Source of the DNA: a virus
IMG/VR virus record: IMGVR_UViG_3300009001_000006
Location: 1 to 64,000 of that record
Strand: one strand, 5' to 3'
Length of the DNA: 64,000 nucleotides
Shown here: positions 1 through 9,321 of the stretch, one piece after another
Numbering within the stretch: position 1 is the first letter of the stretch
How the letters are laid out: every line of letters starts with the position of its first letter
Notes under the pieces: generated by a model
Told to the model about the DNA's origin: nothing
What the model saw: only the letters and a program-made list of their open reading frames with translations
Databases searched by the model: none
Position numbers and translations under genes: made by a program

Positions 1-2
1 AC

Positions 3-1925
3 ATAAAGTTTCCTAAAAAAGTATATGATTTTCCTGATAGCATTAGCGATGATATTAATAATGACCAAATAATCAGCTGTAATATTAACGAAAATCCTTA
101 TGCAGACTGTATATCTTGTCGTGGGGTATGCCCAACAACAACAACTCCAACAACAACTCCAACAATAACTCCAACAACAACAACTCCAACAACAACAATA
201 CCGACACCGCCCCCACCAGTATGCTATATCAGATTGAGGTATAGACTATGTCCTGGTGTTACGCCTTCTCTAGAAGCTATGAAAAATCATTGGATAAGAA
301 CCATCACAGTTAAAGACGACCCCAATACTCCGTATACTATAGACGCTTGTGATCCAAATTTCTGGGGAATAGATGGAAGCCCTGGTCAACCAAGAAGTTT
401 TACAGCATACATTGAACAATTTCAGTCTTGCATAAGTATGAACTATGACGAGAGCATTAACCATGAGGACTTACCAAAAGATGAAGATGGAAATATTACA
501 GACGATAACGTTATTCATCAAAACATAATTATTAACACATATCAAACATATTACAATTACGAAGATTGTTTAAAAGCCAAATTTGGTTGTCCTCCTGAAA
601 CAACAACAACAACAACAACAGTAACAACACCTACAACACCCACAACACCTACAATACCACCCACAATACCCCCAACCAGCAGTCCAAAAACCCCCGGCAC
701 ACCAGCAACTATTACCGCAATTACAGTTACTCCAACAATAAAAAGACCACCAACCATAACAACCCCACCAACACGCCCAGGAACTACATTAACACCAACA
801 CCAGGATCTTGTTGTGCAACCATAGTAACACCAGATGCTCTTGGCGATACAATAGACATGCCATATGCTTATGTTGGTGTCATAGACTGTAGTATTGCTT
901 GGGGTGATTTATTTCAAAGATTTGAATCTGTATTTGTAGACGATACTACACATTGCCAAATAACAGATAATACGGGAACGGCGAACTATAGTTATTGCTC
1001 TGAGCTATCTAATATTAGACAATGTGAAGCTAATTATTATGATGAAATTTGCGGACCCGCTAAAGAGTATAGGCACTATGGTGATGGCAAGGGTTATTAT
1101 ATTCAATGCGTGGACGATGAAACTGGCGCACAGGATCAATGTTTTCCTGCTAGTAGATTTAGCTGTCCAGATTGTCCACAATGTCAAACTAGCGATCCAG
1201 GCTTTAAAGGCTGCATTAAAGATAGTGAAGGTAACAGAAAGAAATTTGGAAATGAATTTTGCACTTTTAATGGGGTACTCAGTGGTTCTACGCCATGTAG
1301 TGTGTTTGATGACCTTAAACAATGTTTAAAATTACAGTGTGAAAGTGGTTGTGGAACAGGTAATTGTACAGTTAGAAGCAAAGGCTTCTATGTTTTATGT
1401 GAAGAAAATGGAGTGACCACCTGCAGACCAACTGGATACTGGAGTTGTTGTCCCACAGCAGATACAAAAACAGGGTGTGCTGATGGTAATGAATTTAATC
1501 CACAAAATATTATTATTCCTTTATCTGCACAGGGCAGTCAAAACCCTTCAGCTATAAAAATAAGTATACCATTAACAGCTGCGTCTAACCATAATAGAAA
1601 TCAATATACAGCACCGGACGTTAGAATACCTCAGTCAACACAAACATTATTACCACCAAATTCTCAAATTCAAGTATTAAGCATTAACGGCACCCCTCCC
1701 TATAACACTGGTTTTGATATTAAGAATATTACAGTAGAACTTGATACATTAAGTGGCAGATTACTTGTTAATTTTGATGCGTCTTTATTTTATTGTGGGC
1801 CAGACTATGACAATAATCCAAGAGATTTATTTTTATGTCCTCCAGAAAATTTCACAGCAGACCTTAGCTCAAATGGTCAATGCTTTAATTGTGGAGATTT
1901 CGATAGTATTGTAATAGGAGCATAA
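3..1925 (+). CDS. Cys-rich, Thr/Pro-rich (mucin-like) protein, probable virion/surface protein; 5'-truncated
   Basis: The frame of the 234..1925 ORF stays open back to position 3 (IKFPKKVYDFP...CRGVCPTTTTPTTTP...). Cys-rich blocks alternate with PTTT/PT tracts. Confidence 0.7.
   Translation: MKFPKKVYDFPDSISDDINNDQIISCNINENPYADCISCRGVCPTTTTPTTTPTITPTTTTPTTTIPTPPPPVCYIRLRYRLCPGVTPSLEAMKNHWIRTITVKDDPNTPYTIDACDPNFWGIDGSPGQPRSFTAYIEQFQSCISMNYDESINHEDLPKDEDGNITDDNVIHQNIIINTYQTYYNYEDCLKAKFGCPPETTTTTTTVTTPTTPTTPTIPPTIPPTSSPKTPGTPATITAITVTPTIKRPPTITTPPTRPGTTLTPTPGSCCATIVTPDALGDTIDMPYAYVGVIDCSIAWGDLFQRFESVFVDDTTHCQITDNTGTANYSYCSELSNIRQCEANYYDEICGPAKEYRHYGDGKGYYIQCVDDETGAQDQCFPASRFSCPDCPQCQTSDPGFKGCIKDSEGNRKKFGNEFCTFNGVLSGSTPCSVFDDLKQCLKLQCESGCGTGNCTVRSKGFYVLCEENGVTTCRPTGYWSCCPTADTKTGCADGNEFNPQNIIIPLSAQGSQNPSAIKISIPLTAASNHNRNQYTAPDVRIPQSTQTLLPPNSQIQVLSINGTPPYNTGFDIKNITVELDTLSGRLLVNFDASLFYCGPDYDNNPRDLFLCPPENFTADLSSNGQCFNCGDFDSIVIGA
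131..220 (+). repeat. Coding low-complexity (CCAACAACAACT-like) tandem repeat encoding PTTT tract
   Basis: ccaacaacaacaactccaacaacaactccaacaataactcca... seen directly. Confidence 0.85.
592..802 (+). repeat. Second coding Thr/Pro low-complexity tract
   Basis: (aca)n run followed by PTTPTTPTIPPTIPPT...TPTP codons. Confidence 0.8.
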
Positions 1926-1931
1926 TTAAAA

Positions 1932-3026
1932 ATGAAATATGATTATCTTATAGTCGGATCTGGGCTTTTTGGATGCACCTTTGCTAATTTAGTGAAAAAT
2001 CATAATAAAACATGCTTAATCATAGAAAAAAGAAATCACGCCTATGGTAATTGCTATACAGAAAAAATTAATAATATTGATATCCATAAATATGGGCCGC
2101 ATATATTCCACACTAACTCAGAAAAGATATGGAATTATGTGAATAATTTTTCTAAATTCAATAATTTTATCAATAGGCCAAAAGTTAGCTATACGGGTAA
2201 ACTATATTCTTTTCCTATCAATTTAATGACATTACAACAACTCTGGGGGGTAAACACACCAGAACAAGCTGCTAAAAAAATAGAAAAAGAAAAACTAAAT
2301 ATCAGAAATCCACAGAACCTAGAAGAATGGATATTATCACAAGTTGGTGAAAAAATATATTATACTTTTATATACGGATACACAAAAAAGCAGTGGGGCA
2401 CAGAACCTAAAAATTTACCATCATTTATTATCAAAAGGCTTCCTATCAGATTAAATTTTAATGACAACTATTATTTTGATCAATATCAAGGTATACCTGT
2501 CAACGGATATTCAGAATTAATGACAAATATGACCGATGGTATAGAAATAGTATTGAATACAGATTACCTATCAAATAGAGAATATTGGGATAATCAAGCT
2601 CATCGCGTGGTCTATACTGGTGCTCTTGATGATTTTTTTAATCTAGAATATGGAACATTAGATTATCGTAGCTTGAAATTTGAACACAAGATATTGGAAA
2701 ACGTATCAGATTATCAGGGGAATGCTATTATAAATTATACAGATTATGACGTACCTTATACAAGAATTATAGAACATAAACATTTTACATTCGGGGAACA
2801 AAAAGATAGCGTTATTACAAAAGAATTCCCGCAAACATTCGGTAAAAACACAGATAAATATTATCCAATAAATAACGATAAAAATAATCATCTGTACAAT
2901 AAATATAAAGCTCAAACCCAAAATTTATCAAAAAAATATATCTTTGGTGGCAGACTTGCTGAATACAAATATTATGACATGCATCAAATTATTGGCTCCG
3001 CTATGAATAAATATGATAAACAATAA
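1932..3026 (+). CDS. glf: UDP-galactopyranose mutase
   Basis: YDYLIVGSGLFG FAD motif, HKYGPHIFHTN, YTKKQWG, GRLAEYKYYDMHQ. Confidence 0.97.
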   Translation: MKYDYLIVGSGLFGCTFANLVKNHNKTCLIIEKRNHAYGNCYTEKINNIDIHKYGPHIFHTNSEKIWNYVNNFSKFNNFINRPKVSYTGKLYSFPINLMTLQQLWGVNTPEQAAKKIEKEKLNIRNPQNLEEWILSQVGEKIYYTFIYGYTKKQWGTEPKNLPSFIIKRLPIRLNFNDNYYFDQYQGIPVNGYSELMTNMTDGIEIVLNTDYLSNREYWDNQAHRVVYTGALDDFFNLEYGTLDYRSLKFEHKILENVSDYQGNAIINYTDYDVPYTRIIEHKHFTFGEQKDSVITKEFPQTFGKNTDKYYPINNDKNNHLYNKYKAQTQNLSKKYIFGGRLAEYKYYDMHQIIGSAMNKYDKQ

Positions 3027-3966
3027 ATGTATACTATTACTTTCTCTATATTCTTTAAATAGATTATCAGAAATAGATAAACTCATATATGAGCTTGGGG
3101 GTTTAGATATAGACCTGTCTATAGGAGAACACAACAAAGGTAATAAAGATCTTTTAAAATTTACAGAAAAATATCAACACAGAATTGTAAATGTAAATTT
3201 TCATAAAAATTATGGCGTTGATATCCACCCATTTATTCACCAAGTGTGTAGTATCGATCCTGAAGAATATCCAATGTTTATTAAGCTACATTCTAAAGAA
3301 TCAAAATGGGGTCAAAAGTTTCATGTAGATTGGGGAACAGTGCTGATAGATAGTTATATTGGCAGTAAATATAATTATGCAAAAAATCTGCAACTATTAA
3401 GCAGAAAGCATATTGGCATGATTAGTCATAATTTTTTAACACTAAGTGATAGAGAACACAACAATACTAATAAAATCAAATATTTGTGTGAACGTCTTAA
3501 GATCAATTATAATAAGGTTGAAAAATCATCTTTTGCCGCAGGTTCTATGTTTATGTCGAAAACACATATATTTCAAAAATATTTGAAATCTAATAAAGAA
3601 ATTTTAGATATATTATTAAGTAATGAAGTCGGAAAAGTCGATGATAGCAGCAGTGAAAACGGAACCTATTGCCATTCTCTAGAAAGAATATTTGGATATC
3701 TAATCAAAAATGAAAATTTATTAATACATCCACATATATCAAAAACAATACCCATATTTAATTCAGAATATAAAAAATTACATTTAATTACTACTTACAA
3801 TAATAATTGTTACTTGAGAGAAGATTTAAATATTTATGGTAAACTATTATCTCAAAATAATGATAAATTAAAAATCCAGTGGTTGCATCTACAAGATTCT
3901 CCGATAGTAGAATATATAAAAACTTCCAACAAACTCATAAGGGATAATCATGCTGCAAAAACTTAA
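3013..3966 (+). CDS. Rhamnan synthesis F (RgpF)-like glycosyltransferase
   Basis: NYGVDIHPF, KLHSKES, FAAGSMF and HSLERIFG motifs typical of RgpF-like domains. Confidence 0.7.
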   Translation: MINNKCILLLSLYSLNRLSEIDKLIYELGGLDIDLSIGEHNKGNKDLLKFTEKYQHRIVNVNFHKNYGVDIHPFIHQVCSIDPEEYPMFIKLHSKESKWGQKFHVDWGTVLIDSYIGSKYNYAKNLQLLSRKHIGMISHNFLTLSDREHNNTNKIKYLCERLKINYNKVEKSSFAAGSMFMSKTHIFQKYLKSNKEILDILLSNEVGKVDDSSSENGTYCHSLERIFGYLIKNENLLIHPHISKTIPIFNSEYKKLHLITTYNNNCYLREDLNIYGKLLSQNNDKLKIQWLHLQDSPIVEYIKTSNKLIRDNHAAKT

Positions 3967-4210
3967 ACTAATTTTTAGATTTTTATATGCTTTCTTCTGG
4001 CACTGCGTAGAAGGCTTTCCAACATGCAATAAAGAAGAAATTCTAGAAAGATTTAATATTTGTTTAAAATGTGAAGAATATAATTCTGAAAATTCTACCT
4101 GCAATGAATGTGGTTGCAATCTTAGTAATCGTAAAGAATTCATGAATAAATTAGCCTGGGCAGATCAAGAGTGTCCTCTAAAAAAATGGCTAGCCAAAAG
4201 CAGGGGTTGA
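3950..4210 (+). CDS. Small Cys-rich zinc-binding protein
   Basis: CxxC...CxxCGC...CPLKKW pattern common in phage proteins. Confidence 0.65.
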   Translation: MLQKLKLIFRFLYAFFWHCVEGFPTCNKEEILERFNICLKCEEYNSENSTCNECGCNLSNRKEFMNKLAWADQECPLKKWLAKSRG

Positions 4211-4235
4211 CGATAGAGCAACCATCGGTTATAAT
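4207..4235 (+). promoter_or_regulatory. sigma70-type promoter
   Basis: TTGACG-17 nt-TATAAT, followed by GGAGG RBS before ATG 4267. Confidence 0.8.
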
Positions 4236-4266
4236 AAAATAAATACCGACCAGCGGAGGCTATCAT

Positions 4267-4821
4267 ATGTCTATAGTCAAAGATAAAATAAACAACAATA
4301 TATCCATAATTAATAAAAAGTATGATATTTTTGCAGATGCTAAGCAAGAATTACTAGATACTAATAATTCTATTATTATACTTAACATATGCAATAATAT
4401 GAATACATACGGAGCTGGTTTTAATAAGGCTGTTGCTAATACTTTTCCAATAGCCAAAGAAAATTATCACCTTCTGGGTTCCAGTAAACTGAAAACAGTG
4501 CTTGGTCATACACAGTTTGTAAAATCTGTGATTGGTCCAAAATATAAAAATGAAATTATTATTGCAAATATGATTTGTCAAACAGGTATAATGTCTGATA
4601 AAAATCCTAGACCTATAAATTACTGTTTTCTTGGTATCTGTCTAGCTAAAGTACAGGCATATATTAAACAATATATGACTGACAACGATTTACCGATCAA
4701 AGTAATTTCACCTAAGTTTCATGGCAATGTCACTGGATGTAATTGGAATTTTGTTTATGAGCTAATATTAGATACTCTTAGAAAACCAACACACACTTAT
4801 GTCTATGAATCATATAATTGA
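4267..4821 (+). CDS. Macrodomain (ADP-ribose processing; DarG/Poa1p/TARG1-like) protein
   Basis: IIILNICNNMNTYGAGF..A..FP, IANMICQTG, ISPKF..G..G.NW layout of phage macrodomains. Confidence 0.7.
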   Translation: MSIVKDKINNNISIINKKYDIFADAKQELLDTNNSIIILNICNNMNTYGAGFNKAVANTFPIAKENYHLLGSSKLKTVLGHTQFVKSVIGPKYKNEIIIANMICQTGIMSDKNPRPINYCFLGICLAKVQAYIKQYMTDNDLPIKVISPKFHGNVTGCNWNFVYELILDTLRKPTHTYVYESYN

Positions 4822-5179
4822 AAAAATTACCTGGCTAAAAAATCGAATGCTTTTCAAGTATAGAGAAACTAAAGATAGTCAAGCTATCAAAAGTATAGAT
4901 ATGATATATCAGTATATATATGACCTAGAAAAGCTAAATATTGAGTCTCCCATTTTAGATCAAGTATTAAATCAATATTATTATGGATTTAGTGATGATA
5001 AAACTGATGGCGAGCTAGATTTTAACTACGGATATACAAAAGAAGAGCGAAACAAAATAAAAGAAGACACAATAAATATTCTTAAAGACATTCATTTAGC
5101 TATGCTACAATCACGCACAATAAAAGATAAAATCTTACTAAATACAGATTTTGAAATCCATGAGTACTGCCTTAAATAA
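4799..5179 (+). CDS. Hypothetical protein
   Basis: 126 aa ORF overlapping its neighbours in an operon-like arrangement. Confidence 0.6.
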   Translation: MSMNHIIEKITWLKNRMLFKYRETKDSQAIKSIDMIYQYIYDLEKLNIESPILDQVLNQYYYGFSDDKTDGELDFNYGYTKEERNKIKEDTINILKDIHLAMLQSRTIKDKILLNTDFEIHEYCLK

Positions 5180-5690
5180 CATAGAAATCAAAAATCTTTT
5201 TAGGGTCGAAGAGTTTATGGAGGCCTGTAAGGCTAATTATGGCATAGTAGCCATTAAAAATAAATTGCACTATAAGCCTAATATCAACCATAATCTGCAC
5301 AAATTCATAGATCCATTAAGAAATATAATAATAGGCATAAATGATTTTTGTTGCTTCACTAATATTAATGTTCTTAATTTTATATCTGAAAAAATACAAA
5401 AAGGCTTTAAAATAATTTTACCAGAAGATTTAGATTTACCATTAGAACTGACGCCGTTCTGTATCACAACTGATACATGGGCTGTAAATTTTATACAAAA
5501 TTACATAGCTTCCGGTTATAATAATGTATCTGCTTATATCAAAAATATAGGATATAATCCTTTTATTTATATGAGTAAAGAATGGAGCTCAAGTAACAGC
5601 TCCTCCATAGTAATGAATTGTATAAATTATAGCATAGAGAACATATTCGATATAATTATACAACAAAATAATAAATTTGGAATAGTTTAA
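5151..5690 (+). CDS. Hypothetical protein
   Basis: 179 aa ORF in the tightly packed + strand array. Confidence 0.6.
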   Translation: MKSMSTALNNIEIKNLFRVEEFMEACKANYGIVAIKNKLHYKPNINHNLHKFIDPLRNIIIGINDFCCFTNINVLNFISEKIQKGFKIILPEDLDLPLELTPFCITTDTWAVNFIQNYIASGYNNVSAYIKNIGYNPFIYMSKEWSSSNSSSIVMNCINYSIENIFDIIIQQNNKFGIV

Positions 5691-5788
5691 TGATTACTTT
5701 AATACAAACTTTTTTACTAGCCTATGTAATATACATCGGCATTCAAGATGGTTGTTCTAGATATAAGATAAGAAAACTTTATGAATAG
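5690..5788 (+). CDS. Small hydrophobic peptide (32 aa), not in ORF track
   Basis: MITLIQTFLLAYVIYIGIQDGCSRYKIRKLYE*; TAATG overlap with the upstream gene and 8-nt overlap with the downstream start; fills the gap exactly. Confidence 0.45.
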   Translation: MITLIQTFLLAYVIYIGIQDGCSRYKIRKLYE

Positions 5789-6311
5789 GTTATCGAATCA
5801 AAGATGTTATCTCGCTGGAGCAATAGATAGGGTTCCAGATAGGGGTAAGGGTTGGAGAGAAGAAATTACTCCATTTTTAAAATCTTTAGGGGTTATGGTA
5901 TTTAATCCAATCACCAAGCCAACAGAAATAGGGCTAGAAGATGATGATAGCCATAATCTAAAGACTAAACTAAAACAACAGAATAGATATGATGAATTAT
6001 CTTCTTTCATGAAAGTTATACGTTCTGTTGATTTAAGGTTGGTGGATATTAGCGATTTCATGATTGTTAATTTGGATCTAAATATTCATCCTTGTGGCAC
6101 ATTGGAAGAAATATTCTGGGCCAATAGACAGAAAAAACCAATTATCATACATATGGTTCAGGGTAAACAAAATACACCCGACTGGCTATTTGGAACTATA
6201 CCTCATCAAATGATTTTTTCTGATTGGAATGATATATATTCATACTTAGAAAGTGTCAATAGTGCAGAGAATATAAATAATTATAATAGGTGGTATTTTT
6301 TTAAATTATGA
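5781..6311 (+). CDS. Nucleoside 2-deoxyribosyltransferase-like / nucleotide N-glycosidase
   Basis: CYLAGAI, VFNP, DLRLVDISD, GTLEEIFWA...KPII (catalytic Glu) motifs. Confidence 0.75.
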   Translation: MNRLSNQRCYLAGAIDRVPDRGKGWREEITPFLKSLGVMVFNPITKPTEIGLEDDDSHNLKTKLKQQNRYDELSSFMKVIRSVDLRLVDISDFMIVNLDLNIHPCGTLEEIFWANRQKKPIIIHMVQGKQNTPDWLFGTIPHQMIFSDWNDIYSYLESVNSAENINNYNRWYFFKL

Positions 6312-7141
6312 ATATTATACAAGATATTAATGACATGTTTCCTGTTGATGCAGAATTTACTAAAATCTATCAAGATATGTTGATTGCTGGTCAAGAATTT
6401 TCAAAATCAAAAAATATAGCTATACTGGGTTTAGTCAGAAATATTAACTCTAAGGTTAAGTATGTTTTTAGAAAACTTAGATTACTAAGAGATTGTTTTA
6501 AGGATAATAGTGCTGTTTATATATATGAAAATGATTCTATAGATGGAACACCTGAAACTATAAGGTCGATCATCGACCAAGATCATTACAGAAACAAATT
6601 CCATCTTTTGTCAGAAAAACTTAAAACGAAAAGCATGCCTGTTTCAAAAAGTCAAATGCGCACAACAAATATGGCAAATGCTAGAAATAAATGTTATGGT
6701 ATGATAAACAATTATCAAAATGTAGATTTTGCTATCGTTATAGACTTAGATTTTATAGACTTTAGTATAAATGGATTAATGAATTCATTTGGTTGGATTG
6801 CAAAAAACAAAAATATAAGCGCTATGTGTGGCAATTCATATATCAACATACCAAACAAACATAAGCATGAATACCATAATTATGATTCTTTTGCTTTTAG
6901 GCTTAATTCTTGGAAAGATAGAGAAATGTCTTGGTTTCCTTTTTGGAATCTACCAATCGGCTCGTGTCCCATTCCGACTTTTAGTGGTTTTGGTGGATCC
7001 TGCATATACAAGTTTGAACTGTACGAACCACTATATTCTGGTGAAGATTGTGAACATGTTATGCTACATAAACAACTCAAAAATAAGTATGATAATTTCA
7101 AACTTTTTTATAATCCCAGTCAAATTATGTTAATGGATTAA
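6308..7141 (+). CDS. GT-A fold glycosyltransferase (CAP59/Anp1-like)
   Basis: YENDSIDGT, MANARNK, VIDLDF (DxD), SGFGGSCIY, DCEHV. Confidence 0.75.
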   Translation: MNIIQDINDMFPVDAEFTKIYQDMLIAGQEFSKSKNIAILGLVRNINSKVKYVFRKLRLLRDCFKDNSAVYIYENDSIDGTPETIRSIIDQDHYRNKFHLLSEKLKTKSMPVSKSQMRTTNMANARNKCYGMINNYQNVDFAIVIDLDFIDFSINGLMNSFGWIAKNKNISAMCGNSYINIPNKHKHEYHNYDSFAFRLNSWKDREMSWFPFWNLPIGSCPIPTFSGFGGSCIYKFELYEPLYSGEDCEHVMLHKQLKNKYDNFKLFYNPSQIMLMD

Positions 7142-7142
7142 A

Positions 7143-8252
7143 ATGAAAATTATAGATGACACTAAGTTAGACTTTAATGATGTTCTTATAAGGCCAAGAC
7201 GATCTAACTTAAGCAGTAGATCGCAAGTAGATATCATGAGAAATTTTTCTTTTCCCCATTCAACCAGAACATTGTCGTGCTCTCCCATCATTGCGGCAAA
7301 TATGGATACAACCGGATCTATAGATATGGCTATAGAACTAGCAAAATCTTCTTGCTGCACATGCTTACACAAGCACTATGATGTAAAAACACTAATAAAT
7401 TATTTTTCTGAATACAAACCCACATCTTTTTATTCCACAGGCATATCTCAAACAGATATGAAAAAAATTGCTACGGTATTTGATGCTATACCTGGTCAAA
7501 AACCAAATATTTGTATAGATGTGGCTAATGGTTATTCCGAAAATTTTACAAAAATTACCAGACAAATCAGGAATTTATATCCAGAAATCGTTATTATGGC
7601 GGGTAATGTAGTTACGCCAGAAATGACAGAAGAGCTAATAATGCATGGTGGTGTAGATATAGTTAAGATAGGTATTGGATCAGGAAGTGTTTGCACAACA
7701 AGATTAAAGACCGGTATAGGATATCCACAATTATCCGCCATTATGGAATGTGGGGATGCTGCTCATGGTCTTGGTGGTCACATATGTAGTGATGGTGGAT
7801 GCACTATACCTGCGGATGTTTGTAAAGCTTTTGGAGGAAATTCGGATTTTGTTATGTTAGGGGGTATGTTAGCTGGTACAGATTGTTGTGAAGGAGAATG
7901 GGAGTATGAATATAAGTGTGTTAATAAAAATGCAACATGGTGGCAGTCAAAAGATCCTGGGTATACAACAGAACGAAGAAAAGTCTCTTTAAAATTCTAT
8001 GGCATGAGCAGCAAAGAAGCGATGAATAAACATAATGGGGGAGTGGCCAATTATAGAACAAGTGAAGGCAGATGTGTGACCATACCTTATAAGGGAACTA
8101 CACATGAGATCATAAAAGACATACTCGGTGGAGTGCGAAGTGCTTGCACATATATTGGTGCTAAATCAATAAAAGATTTTAGTAAAAAGACTATATTTAT
8201 TAAGGTTAATAATACACACAACAGAGTTTATGAATCTTATGAAACAAAATAA
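7143..8252 (+). CDS. guaC: GMP reductase
   Basis: LDFNDVLIRP, IIAANMDTTG, IDVANGYSE, GIGSGSVCTTR, GYPQLSA, SDGGC, YRTSEG. Confidence 0.96.
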   Translation: MKIIDDTKLDFNDVLIRPRRSNLSSRSQVDIMRNFSFPHSTRTLSCSPIIAANMDTTGSIDMAIELAKSSCCTCLHKHYDVKTLINYFSEYKPTSFYSTGISQTDMKKIATVFDAIPGQKPNICIDVANGYSENFTKITRQIRNLYPEIVIMAGNVVTPEMTEELIMHGGVDIVKIGIGSGSVCTTRLKTGIGYPQLSAIMECGDAAHGLGGHICSDGGCTIPADVCKAFGGNSDFVMLGGMLAGTDCCEGEWEYEYKCVNKNATWWQSKDPGYTTERRKVSLKFYGMSSKEAMNKHNGGVANYRTSEGRCVTIPYKGTTHEIIKDILGGVRSACTYIGAKSIKDFSKKTIFIKVNNTHNRVYESYETK

Positions 8253-9321
8253 TTTAAATTTCTACGGACCAATAAATCCGTTAGGATATGGGATTAGCTC
8301 ATATAATATCTGGAAAAATTTAAGACAAAATATATCTACAACTCTTTTTCCTATTAACGAAGTGCAATTAGAAAGTCATTGGCTCAAAACAGAATTAGTG
8401 GAAGACATTAAAAATCAATTAAATTATGATGTTACAGCGCCATGCCTTAAGGTATGGCATGCTAATGATATGCTTATTAAACCACATAATAAAAATTTAT
8501 ATGCTGGTTATACTTTTTTTGAAGTTGACAAAATTACAAATCAAGAACGTATTGGTTATGAAATCTTAGATCTTATTTTTGTTCCATCTCAATGGGCAAA
8601 AAATGTATTAATTGCTAACGATATAGATGATAAAAAAATTATTGTCGCACCTGCTGGTGTAGACACTGAAATTTTCGACCATAATAAATATGAGGATGTG
8701 GTAGAAGATAAAACAGATAAATATATTTTTCTCAATATTGGTAAATGGGAAGCTAGAAAAGGTCATGATATATTACTACATATTTTTAATAAAGCATTTT
8801 CAAAAAATGATAATGTAGAATTATGGATGATGAACACCAATCCATTTTTGTCTGAACAAGACAATAACCAATGGATTAATATGTATAAAAATACTAATCT
8901 TGGTAGTAAAATTAAGATTTTACCAAGAATGCCCACGCAAAAAGATGTAGCCAAAATCATTAAAATGTCTGACTGCGGAATATATCCTAGTAGGGCAGAA
9001 GGTTGGAATAACGAAGCCATAGAAACTATGGCAATGAATAAACCTATTATTATAACAGATTATTCTGCTCATACCGAGTATTGTGATAAACACAATAGTA
9101 ATTTACTAGAGGTTAAAAATACAGAAATTGCTGAGGATGGCGTGTTTTTCAATGGTTATGGAAATTGGGCAGATATAGACGACTGTATTGATCAGTGCGT
9201 AGGATATATGAGAGAAGTATATAAAAATAATATTAGGACAAACATAACCGGTGTCGAAACCGCACAAAAATTCAACTGGACCCAAACCTGTAATATAATA
9301 CAAAACAAGATCTATGAATGA
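8230..9321 (+). CDS. GT4 (GT-B) glycosyltransferase
   Basis: GKWEARKGHD, PSRAEGWN..AIE.MA..KP motif. Confidence 0.9.
   Translation: MNLMKQNNLNFYGPINPLGYGISSYNIWKNLRQNISTTLFPINEVQLESHWLKTELVEDIKNQLNYDVTAPCLKVWHANDMLIKPHNKNLYAGYTFFEVDKITNQERIGYEILDLIFVPSQWAKNVLIANDIDDKKIIVAPAGVDTEIFDHNKYEDVVEDKTDKYIFLNIGKWEARKGHDILLHIFNKAFSKNDNVELWMMNTNPFLSEQDNNQWINMYKNTNLGSKIKILPRMPTQKDVAKIIKMSDCGIYPSRAEGWNNEAIETMAMNKPIIITDYSAHTEYCDKHNSNLLEVKNTEIAEDGVFFNGYGNWADIDDCIDQCVGYMREVYKNNIRTNITGVETAQKFNWTQTCNIIQNKIYE

Noticed and set aside
131-802. Short tandem repeats as a possible CRISPR array or DGR repeat
   Set aside because: They are in-frame low-complexity codon repeats with no unique spacers. No cas operon or reverse transcriptase is present.
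557-859. Minus-strand Val/Gly-rich 100-aa ORF
   Set aside because: It is the antisense shadow of the Thr/Pro (ACA/CCA) repeat in the + strand gene.
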